Below are positions 53,891-64,000 of a stretch of 64,000 nucleotides of DNA, piece after piece. How positions within the stretch are numbered: position 1 is the stretch's first letter; each line of letters opens with the position of its first letter. Made by a program: the position numbers and the translations under genes. Source of the stretch: Octopus bimaculoides (Eukaryota); NCBI RefSeq assembly GCF_001194135.2, contig NC_068992.1:58338100-58402099 (forward strand). Reading direction: 5' to 3'. The notes under the pieces are model-generated. The model was not told the DNA's origin. It worked only from the letters and a program-made list of their open reading frames with translations, and made no database searches.

Positions 53891-53898
53891 CACAAGCA

Positions 53899-54408
53899 TC
53901 AGACAGAAATTTTGTAGGTGTTTAGCTTATTATTATTTATTGAGGCTATGATGGTAGCTAAGTTACTAGTCAGACTATGGCCTACTCTACTTTTATTCTT
54001 AAATATTGCTGCACATTTATTATTTAAGTTCAAGTGCTTATCTATGAGTCTCATTATGGAGTGAACTATGTTAGATTTGAGCTGCATGGCGAAGGGGATT
54101 ATTAACCAGATCTTATCACTATTTCATTTATTATTAATATTGTTATTTTTGGTATAGAAGCTGCCCCCAGTATTCGTATAGTGTGTGAAGTTGTAGTTAT
54201 GGTTATTGTATTTCTTTCTATAGTTGTCTTTACCTTTATTATTGTTCGTGTCAGTTTTATTGGGGTTATTTCTATACGGTTTATGTGAACTAAATGGCTT
54301 GGTGTTATCATTCTTTACTGAGGTTATATTGGTTCTTCGGGGCTTGTTATTTTTATTCTTATTAATATTTAGGTTTATATTGTTATATATATGTATGTGC
54401 CTATCCAT
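53899..54408 (-). mobile_element. Penelope-like element ORF fragment (N/K-rich linker and post-RT region)
   Basis: One frame with a single internal TGA. An N-rich stretch is followed by KIWLIIPFAMQLKSNIVHSIMRLIDKHL...IFKNKSRVGHS..SNLATII, resembling the Penelope IWFNPPFS...NIG..FL.LIDKHF...IF.....VSYS..NM..II motif. Confidence 0.7.
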
Positions 54409-54469
54409 GAGGGAACTGACTTAGTAAATGAGATACTCTCCTTTTATGGTCGCCTATCACCTTCATTCA

Positions 54470-54893
54470 ATGGGTAAAGTCCAAAACGCCAACACAGTGA
54501 CATTGTGATTCTTCAACAAAATGACACTCACCTTCACATTGCTAATTTGACCAAAAATGCTATTCAAAAGCTTGATTGGAAGGTTCTACCATGCCTAGCA
54601 TATTCTCCTGATATAGCACTTTCAGACTGCCATCTTTTCGGTTGCTCTCCAACAGTCTGTGAGGCATTTCATTCAACAACACAGAGCTGAGAGCATAAGT
54701 CAATGAATTCTTTGAATTTTTTTGAGTCAAGACCTGGTGATTTCAACCATCAAGGCAATGACAAACTAGTGGAATGTTGACAAGGAGTTGCAAACAATGA
54801 AGAATATATTACTAGCTGACTTGTTAAAATTGTTGATGAAAAAAGAAGATTAAAAATAAATGGTAGAAAATGAGTTTATCCAACAACCTGATA
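54470..54893 (+). mobile_element. 3' fragment of a mariner transposon
   Basis: DIVILQQNDTHLH...LDWKVLPCLAYSPDIALSDCHLF, then a probable right TIR ending ...atccaacaacctga-ta. Confidence 0.8.
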
Positions 54894-55050
54894 AAAGTAA
54901 ATGAAACACAAATATCTAAAACAAAAAAAATTTAAAGTAATAAAATTTAACTTACTCTATCTTTATAAAATTTTTCTTTTAGATTTGTTTTTTCTAAGTT
55001 TATTTCTGCAAAAGAAAAAAAATGATGGTCATTACATATAATACCATAGA

Positions 55051-55116
<66 letters not shown>

Positions 55117-55533
55117 CAACAACAACAACAACAACAACGATGATAATAATCCTTTCAACTATAGGCAAAAGAACTGAAATCCCATGCATGGAACTCTTGG
55201 TCTTTGAGTAACTTTGTCACTTTGTGTGTGTGTGTGTGTGTGTATGTATGTGTATATCGTTTATGTGAATTCATGTACTGAAGCATATTTTGTTGTGTCT
55301 GGGGAGAGTCATTCTGTTTTAATGCCTTGTTAATTAACACAGGCACACTGGGTTGACTTGAAATCTGCATTTTATCCAAGTACCCGAAGGACCCAACACT
55401 CAGACAACTACAGGAGTACATCCTCATAAATGAAACATCTGTACTAAATAGGAGATACACATAGAAGATAGCGATACCCCAATACCCACAGTTTATACAT
55501 ACAGATAGATTTGTCAGTAGGCTATTACGGAGG

Positions 55534-55590
<57 letters not shown>

Positions 55591-55593
<3 letters not shown>

Positions 55594-56119
55594 AAAATGA
55601 AAAATAATAATAAGGCAGAATGCTAAACTGGAAGCATATTTTGATAAAGATTTCTCTAACCGGCTTTAATTGCGAAGCAAATTTTCAAGAAGAGGGAGAA
55701 TGAAAATGTTTTTTACAAAGAAGTACAAAATGAAGAAAATAATATATAAAAAAAATAATATATAAAAAAATAACTATACCAATACATTATATTGTCTTTG
55801 AGCTTTTGAAGTTCAATGGTAGTTCATGTATATAATGGTTGGAAAAATAAGGATGCATGAGAGTTGAGAGTTGTTTTAGGTTTAAAAAAAGGGTTAAAAG
55901 CTTGTGTTAAGCAGGAAGTGTGGTGTCAAAACAGGAAGTGTGTGTAAGGGGAGACAAATGTTTTTAGTTGGAGTTATGAACTCTTTTTTTCCAACAGGAA
56001 GTTTATGTCTGTTCCTAGAGAAATAAGGTCACTGAGGGGTACGTGTGTTAAGAAATGGTTTGGAATTTCTCTATGAAAAGATTCTCCTTGTTGATTCTTT
56101 CTTGTGTGGAGACTCTGAT
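55591..56119. repeat. About 530-bp dispersed repeat embedded in (TA)n; second copy at 34437-34789 is cut by a gap
   Basis: Two highly similar copies. No TIR is seen. Internal repeated caggaagt motifs. Confidence 0.85.
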
Positions 56120-57266
56120 ATATATATATATATATAGGTAGGTAGGTAGGTAAAGGGATACGTAAGCAAACAGACAGATAAGCAGATAGATAGGTACATG
56201 GGTAATACAGAGACAAGCACACACACACACACACACACACAAACATGCACACACAAACATGAATATGCAGAATACATAATACAAACTTTCACACACACAT
56301 ACATATATATATGCATACACACACACATACATATATACATACATTTGCATATACACATGCACACTGACACACACATGCACACAAACATACAAAAAGAACA
56401 CAGCTGTGACAATGGACAGAGTTAACAACTATTGAAGAGGTTGTAAGAAGCAATGAAAATTTTAGGAAAGCAATAATACTCCCACCTACAAAGCCAAGTA
56501 GTCCAGAAACAAGCAAGAGCAACATCTGTGGCTTCACAATGACGTGCGTGTTATTTCAGAAGTTCCCTATCCTAGAGAGATGTTTAAACAAAGACTAAAG
56601 GTCTCTTACTACCAGTTATTCGACGGTCATTAACTCTTCTGTGTTCATCGGTCCTTTGATTCAATGGACTCGATGCTCTGCCAGGAGTCAAACGCGCAAC
56701 CTTATGAACATGAGTTGAAAACCCTAACTATTAAGCTTAGAAACTACAAGAGTGACTCAAGAGCAAATAGTTTTCTTGCCAAGATACATGTCAAACTCAT
56801 CAAATTCTGTGTTATTTTGACAAAGAGACTCTTGAGTTACTCATTTAACTAACTTCCCCAACATCTATCTGTTTCGCACACGCACACATATACTCTGTTT
56901 CATATACTGAATTCTATTTCTCTTTGTAAAACCAAGCCACACCTGTCTGTATGGGAACATATGCATGTCTGTGTGAATTATTCATTGTGTATCAGTAAAA
57001 TGCATTCAGCATAACACAATGAGATTTGTTAACATTCAAATAAACAATTATGTAGCTCTCTATTCTTGTAAGGACAAATGAAAGGTAAGAAAATCTATGT
57101 TTTGAAAAATAGGAAAGGGTTAGAAACAGGAAAGACATCTGACTGTAAAACAAGGCCTCAATATGTATTCACCCAACCCATGCTAGCATGGAAAAATGGG
57201 TAGGAAATGAACAATTATATATGTGGTTATGTGGTAAGGAATTTGCTTCCTAAATACATTGGATAG

Positions 57267-57299
<33 letters not shown>

Positions 57300-57559
57300 T
57301 AGAGAAAGAGAGCTAGCGAGCTAGAGATAGAGAGATAGACGGAGAGCTAGAGAGATGGACAGAGATATACATATATCATCATCATCATTATTTAACATCC
57401 GTTGTCCATGCTGATATGAGTTGGATTGTCTGACCAGGGCTGGCAAACTGGGAGCCTGCACCAGACTCCAGTCTGTTTTAACAGGGTTTCTACAGCTGGA
57501 TGATATTCCTAACGCCAACCACTCTGAGAGTGTAATGGGTGCTTTTATGTGCCATTGGT

Positions 57560-58070
57560 ACAGGTACCATTTGCATGACACTGCGGTTTTACTTGGCTTG
57601 ATGGGTCTTCTTCTCAAGCACAGCATAATGCCAAATGGGCTCAGTCATTGCCTTTGTGAGGCCCAATGCTTGAAGCACAGTATAATGCCAAATGGTCTCA
57701 GTTCTTGCCGCTGTGAGGCCCAATGCTCAGAAGGTGCTTTTACATGCCACCAGCATGGGTGGTATTTGTGTGACACCAGTACCTGCCACAACTGCAATTT
57801 CATTTGGCTTGGTGGGTCTTCTTCTCAAACACAACATAATGCCAAAGATCTTGGTCACTAGTCATTGCCTCTGTGAGAGCCAAAGTTTGGAGATCATGCT
57901 TCACCACGTCATCCCATGTCTTTTTGGATCAACCTCTACTACAGGTTCCCTCCACAGTTAGGGAGGGATTGGTGCTTCTTTACACAGCTGTCCTCATCCA
58001 TATGCATCACATGACCACACCAGTGCATTCATTTCTCTTGCACACCACATCTGATGCCTCTTATGCTTAA
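57560..58070 (-). mobile_element. RTE-type LINE 3' end
   Basis: GIRCGVQEK*MHWCGHVMHMDEDSCVKK matches the RLRWYGHVMRM motif. A degenerate GRPKKTW region follows. Confidence 0.8.
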
Positions 58071-58469
58071 CTTTTCTCTCAAGGAGAGAGAGATAGAGAG
58101 AGATACAAATAAATATACACATCATATCATCAAGTGATTATAATAAAAATTTCCTTTAACAAGAGAGGTATTAGATGGTCAGTGCAATTTATGTAATTGA
58201 TATTAGAGATTAGTCTAAAATACGTCAAAACAAAAAAAAGAAAAACCCAAACAAAACTGTGTGTGAAGAGAGAGAGAGAGAACGTGGGAGGGAGGTTAAT
58301 AAATAAATATATGTACTGAAGGAAGACAAAGAAATCTACTTGCATTACAGGAAAAGCAAGTTTAAACATGTGGTGCATATATTATTGTATTTATGCATGA
58401 TGTGTGTGTGTGTGAGCGTATGTGAACATCATATGAGCATATATACATATATCATCATCATCATCATCA

Positions 58470-58700
58470 TCGTCGTCATCGTTTAACGTCCGCTTTCCAT
58501 GCTAGCATGGGTTGGACGATTTGACTGAGGACTGGTGAAACCGGATGGCAACACCAGGCTCCAGTCTGATTTGGCAGAGTTTCTACAGCTGGATGCCCTT
58601 CCTAACGCCAACCACTCAGAGAGTGTAGTGGGTGCTTTTACGTGTCACCCGCACGAAAACGGCCACGCTCGAAATGGTGTCTTTTATGTGCCACCCGCAC
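58470..58700 (+). repeat. (CAT)n-associated SINE-tail family
   Basis: gtttaacgtccgctttccatgctagcatgggttggacg...ggatgcccttcctaacgccaacc. Relatives at 9640-9780, 28780-28950, 35337-35605 (with an internal tandem dimer) and 57385-57560. Confidence 0.8.
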
Positions 58701-59520
58701 NNNNNNNNNNNNNNNNNNNNNNNNNNNNNNNNNNNNNNNNNNNNNNNNNNNNNNNNNNNNNNNNNNNNNNNNNNNNNNNNNNNNNNNNNNNNNNNNNNNN
58801 NNNNNNNNNNNNNNNNNNNNNNNNNNNNNNNNNNNNNNNNNNNNNNNNNNNNNNNNNNNNNNNNNNNNNNNNNNNNNNNNNNNNNNNNNNNNNNNNNNNN
58901 NNNNNNNNNNNNNNNNNNNNNNNNNNNNNNNNNNNNNNNNNNNNNNNNNNNNNNNNNNNNNNNNNNNNNNNNNNNNNNNNNNNNNNNNNNNNNNNNNNNN
59001 NNNNNNNNNNNNNNNNNNNNNNNNNNNNNNNNNNNNNNNNNNNNNNNNNNNNNNNNNNNNNNNNNNNNNNNNNNNNNNNNNNNNNNNNNNNNNNNNNNNN
59101 NNNNNNNNNNNNNNNNNNNNNNNNNNNNNNNNNNNNNNNNNNNNNNNNNNNNNNNNNNNNNNNNNNNNNNNNNNNNNNNNNNNNNNNNNNNNNNNNNNNN
59201 NNNNNNNNNNNNNNNNNNNNNNNNNNNNNNNNNNNNNNNNNNNNNNNNNNNNNNNNNNNNNNNNNNNNNNNNNNNNNNNNNNNNNNNNNNNNNNNNNNNN
59301 NNNNNNNNNNNNNNNNNNNNNNNNNNNNNNNNNNNNNNNNNNNNNNNNNNNNNNNNNNNNNNNNNNNNNNNNNNNNNNNNNNNNNNNNNNNNNNNNNNNN
59401 NNNNNNNNNNNNNNNNNNNNNNNNNNNNNNNNNNNNNNNNNNNNNNNNNNNNNNNNNNNNNNNNNNNNNNNNNNNNNNNNNNNNNNNNNNNNNNNNNNNN
59501 NNNNNNNNNNNNNNNNNNNN

Positions 59521-59829
59521 TTTTTCACCCTGGAATGAGATAGAAGTTGTTTCCTGTTTGTTTACAGTGTTTATTGCACCTGAACATCTGCCACAAACAA
59601 AAACTAACTTGCTAGTTAACCTGCCTTTGATGTTGCTGCACCTCTTATGTGTCCATAGCTTGCACCGGGTACATCTTATAGAGTTACTACCTACTCCTTT
59701 TCTACATACTGAGCAGGGCCATCTACCTGAAGGGGTTTGTGTTTTATCTACCTTCCTACTTATTAGGATTTTGGTTTTAGCTAGGTTGACTCTAAGGCCC
59801 TTCAATTCTAGACCTTGCTTCCACACTAC
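59521..59829 (-). mobile_element. RTE-type LINE ORF fragment: end of RT region plus PHD-like C4HC3 finger
   Basis: WKQGLELKGLRVNLAKTKIL followed by CSVC...CTRC...HKRC...CGRC. Open for about 100 codons up to the N gap. Confidence 0.85.
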
Positions 59830-59833
59830 ACAC

Positions 59834-59872
<39 letters not shown>

Positions 59873-60221
59873 TGTGTGTAATATAATTATATGTATGTAA
59901 TTATATTATTTCTTGAGGCAAAGTAAAATGTAGTCCACATTACAATCTATCTATCAATTTTCCTGATATTTTATTTAGTTACTGATAAACTCTGTGTCTA
60001 TTTGTTTGTGACCTGTTTACCAGGTATGTCTCAATTTACATAGGAAGGAAAAGAAAAAAACCCATCAAATATGGTGAAGATATATTTAGAAACTGAAAAT
60101 AGTTGAGTAGTCTAGATAAAAGTTAAAATTTCAAACAGTGTTTGTTAATCTACACATTTTTGCTGCTGCTGTTGATGTCCAGGTACTAAAGAGGTAAATT
60201 CTAGGAATAATTATAATAATA

Positions 60222-61146
60222 ATCCTTTCTATTATAGGTACGAAGCCTGAAATTTTTGGGAGGGGAACAGTCGATTACATTAACTCCAGTATGCAACTGG
60301 TACTTGTTTTATCAACCCTGAAAAGATGAAGGGCAAAGTCGACCTCGGCAGAATTTGAACTCAGAATGTAAAGCCAGATGAAATACCGCTAAGCATTCTG
60401 CCAGCTCGCCACCTTAAAGAATAATAATAATAATAATCCTTATTACCGTAGGCACAAGGCCTGAAATTTTGGGGGAGGGGATTAAGTCAATTACACTGAT
60501 CCCAGTACTCAACTGGTACCTAATTTATTGATCCTGAAAGAATGAAAGGCAAAGCTGACCTCGGCAGAATTTGAACTCAGAACATAGTGACAGGTGAAAT
60601 ACCACTAAGCTTTTCGTCCAGCCCGCTAACAATTCTGCCAGCTCGCCACCTTAATAATAATAATAAAAATAATAATAATTATTATTATTATTATTATTAT
60701 TAAGGCAGTGAGCTGGCAGAATCTTTAGCATGCTGGAGGAAATGCTTAGTAATATTTTGCCCATCACTACATTCTGAGTTCAAATTCTGCCAAGGTCAAC
60801 TTTGCTTTTCATCCTTTCAGGATCGATGAAATAAGTACCAGTTACGCACTGGGGTCGATGTAATGGACTTCCCCCTACCTCCAAATTTCAGGCCTTGTGC
60901 CTATAGTAGAAAGGATTATTATTATTATTGTTATCATCATTAGCTAGCAGAATTGTTAGCACATCAGATAAAGTGCTTTGTGGAATTTCTTCTGGCTCTT
61001 TACATTCTGAGTTCAAATCCTGCCAAGGTCAACTTTGATTGGGAATGAGGCAGTCAAAATAAAACATCAGTCAAGAACTGTGGTTGCCGCAATTGACTTA
61101 CCCCCTACCCTCAAAACTGCCAACCTCATGCTTAAATTAGAAAGAA
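60222..61146. repeat. Four copies of the most abundant (ATT)n-flanked SINE, arranged minus, minus, plus, plus
   Basis: Head aaggcggtgagctggcagaa, core gaggtcaactttgcctttcatcctttcggggtcgataaa..aagtaccag, tail aatttcaggccttgtgcctatagtagaaagg. Confidence 0.9.
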
Positions 61147-63068
61147 TTATTATTATTATTATTATTATAGATTCTCATGTGCATTGCAAACAGTAAGAAC
61201 CAAACAATGACACACATATTCATTCATGATACATACCAGTAGATTCGAGTGAATATGCTAATTACTGTTGTATTTCATTGTTGGAGAACCACTTCAGGTA
61301 AATGTGTTTTCGTAACACATTTGATTTATTAGCATAATGAGACTTTGGGTCACCTGGTGTTTCAACATCATTGTGTCTCTTTAGCCAAGGTTACTCCCAG
61401 ACCAATGAATCTAACCAGAGGTTTTCACTCTTGTCTATAAGATTCAACAAACAAATCATTTGATGAAATGCAACAACATTTAGCATATTCATGTTTGAAT
61501 CTGCCAGAATATATTCAAAATGAATACTTTTGCCATTGTTTTGATTCTTCCTGTTCACCATACATATCAAGATTTGTTATTGGTCGGCTGACAAAGTCAT
61601 AATCAAAATCTTCATCCTCATCTATTTAATGCCCACTTTCCATGCTAGCATGGGTTGAACGGTTTGACACGAGCCAGCAAGCTGGAGTACCATGCCAAGT
61701 CTCAATGTCTGGTGCATTTCCTCATACCTACTACTTTATAGTTAGGTCACCAAATAACTTGCAAGATAAGACCCCTTGACTGAATGGGAAGAGATAAAGC
61801 ATAGTAGAAGGTGGCTTCATGTCAGGTGATCAGAAGGGCATCCAGCAGTAGAAAATCTGCCTCACAAAATTCTGTCTGACCCATGCAAGCAGGAAAAAGA
61901 GTATGTCATGATGATGATGATGCTCTATGATGATGATAATAATAATAATAATAATTATTATTATTCTTATTATTTTTATTATTATTGTGGTGGTGGATTG
62001 GCATGATCATAAGATCATCAGAAAGAATACCTTGTGGTATTTCTTCTGACTCTTAACATTCTGAGTTCAAATTCTGCCAGGGGTTGTTGAATTTGCCTTT
62101 CATCCCTCCAGGGATAATAAAATAAAGTACTTGTCAAGTACTGAGAGTTGATGTAATCAGTTAGTTCCGACTCCTCAAAATTGATGTCCTTATGATTAAG
62201 TCAGAAACAATAATTAATACTGAACAGTGATACAAAGCCATAAATGTGTAGAGGGAAGGAGGCAATCATTTAGATGACACCCAGCACTCAAACTTGGTGG
62301 TATTTATTATAACAGCCTTGGTAAGGTTTATATTTACAATATAGAAGAGTAATAAAACCACCACCATCACTACCACTTCTCTTGCTACCACCACCACCAC
62401 CACCACCATTACTAATATTCTTTTCTACTCTAGGCATAAGGCCCAGAATTTCTGGGGAGGGGTCCAGTTAATTAGATCAACCCTTAGTACGCAATTGGCA
62501 CTTAATTTATCAACCCCGAAAGGATGAAAGGCAAAATCAACCTCAGTGGAATTTGAACTCAGAATGTAAAGACAGACAAAACAGCACTAAGCATTTCGCC
62601 TTGGCCTACTAACGTTTCTGCCAGCTCACCACCTTCTGCCATTACTAATATTATTTCTATTCAGGTGTGGCTGTGTGGTAAGAAGCTTGCTTCCCAACCA
62701 AATGGTTGTGAATGGATTTGGTAGATGGAAACTGAAAGAAGCCTGTTGCATATATATATATATATATATAGAAAGAGAGAGAGAGAGAGGTGTGTATGTG
62801 TTAAGAGACATGAGATAATGTTTTTTTCTTTTAACTAAAATGTATAGTTTCTAATATAAGCACAAAACCTGAAAATTGGAGGAGAGGCGTAGATGATTGG
62901 TTTATACCAACCCTAGTACTTGACTAGTATTTAATTTTATCAAGGCTGGATGGACAAAAGACAAAGTTGACTTTAATAGGATTTGAACTCAGAATGTAAA
63001 GAGCTAGAACATATACTGTGAGGCATTATTTCCCATGCTCTAACAATTCAGCCAATCAACTGCTTTAA

Positions 63069-63293
63069 ACCTTTAGCATTTAAAACTGGCTATATTCAGC
63101 CAAAATATTCTGTCTGTGTTATCTTCAAACCGGCCAGATCTGGCCTCTCACTCCTGCCCTACAATGATTTTCTATCTAAAAATAAACAATCGCACCATCA
63201 AAATCTAGAAGTAACAAGACAATTCATGGTTAATTCAAAACAATGTGAATAAATAAGCAGTACATTTGACAGAACATTCTGAATGCTAAGGGG
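63069..63293. mobile_element. TTAA-flanked MITE family A; related copies near 14455-14640, 23520-23755 and 45399-45620
   Basis: Ends cc(t/c)ttagcatt...aatgctaaggg|ttaa. Shared internal ttattcacattgttttgaattaa in all four copies. Confidence 0.7.
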
Positions 63294-64000
63294 TTAATAA
63301 AATTCAAAAAAAAAATGTCATTTAATAAAAAAAATATGGTATTTGCAGTTTTCAAAATATGGTCTTTTTTTTAAGGAATAAATTCTGTCTCTAAACTATT
63401 TTTTGCTTTATTTAATGTGGAACTGTCTGTAAAATATAGGTAAGGTTTTTATGACAAGCTAAGTTGGAGTATAACTGACCCCAACAACTTCCCCTTTGGT
63501 TGTATACACTGTGTGTTCTGTTGTTCGACATATGTATTAACTTAATGTGAAGGAGGACATTAAACAGCAAGAGTCCTAGGTCAGTAGTGCATTTCTATTT
63601 ATAATTGACAACTTACTGAAGCTGGCTACTACATGATTTTTTAAAAGTTTCCTCCATTGTGGTAGATTTATGACTGCCATTTAAAACACATACACATATA
63701 TATGGCTATGTGGTTAAAAAGTTCACTCTCCAACCATATGGTTTTTTGGGTTCAGTTCCACTGTGGAAGGAACACAAGCCTCAGGATAACCAAGGGTGAA
63801 TTTTGTAGGTGAAAACTGAATGAAGCCTGGAGTTCCTCAATGCATCACCTTATCTTTACCATTGGCTCTCATGTTCCATGGAAGTCAACAAATATGTTTC
63901 ATGGGATGGAACTTCAAGATTTTTAGGAACCTCATTCTCCTGTAATATGATTGGATGCTTGTTGTTTTCTTAAAGCATGATAATTTAGGCACAGGCATGG

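Noticed and set aside
54102-54424. GT-rich, hydrophobic plus-strand reading resembling a mitochondrial ND6 NUMT
   Set aside because: No mitochondrial motif is recognisable, and the opposite strand runs in frame into a Penelope motif.
58535-59881. Very long ORFs spanning N runs (also near 2165-2861, 12088-12642, 20835-21383, 34724-35389 and 48689-49444)
   Set aside because: They are artefacts of assembly gaps translated as X.
61441-61602. 53-codon open stretch on the plus strand
   Set aside because: No recognisable domain, no partner exons, and the length is compatible with chance.
63617-63673. Possible 57-bp upstream exon with a gtaagt donor
   Set aside because: The open frames end in phase 1 or 2, which do not join the phase-0 exon at 52693. 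There is no other support.

Overview
AT-rich, repeat-dense animal genomic DNA with many N gaps and microsatellites. The SINE families resemble those I recall from octopus genomes; this species assignment is inference and was not checked. There is no prokaryotic content, no CRISPR array and no true rRNA or tRNA gene. The only solid host-gene signal is three frame-compatible minus-strand exons (52640-52693, 49514-49664, 47638-47720) encoding a coiled-coil segment of an unidentified protein. Everything else looks intronic or intergenic. It includes a decayed RPS2 retrocopy, two TIR-bounded mariner transposons plus a fragment, and several Tc1/mariner- and piggyBac-type MITEs. It also includes RTE, CR1, R4/Dong-like and Penelope retroelement fragments, dozens of tRNA-derived SINEs and a 31-bp minisatellite. 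The most interesting features are minimal hammerhead-ribozyme motifs in Penelope-type ends, a 124-bp loopless palindrome centred on AACGTT with a 13-bp flanking duplication, the CpG-decayed RPS2 copy, and (TAA)n-embedded R4-like elements with an apparent non-autonomous partner. I see no clearly new multi-gene system.
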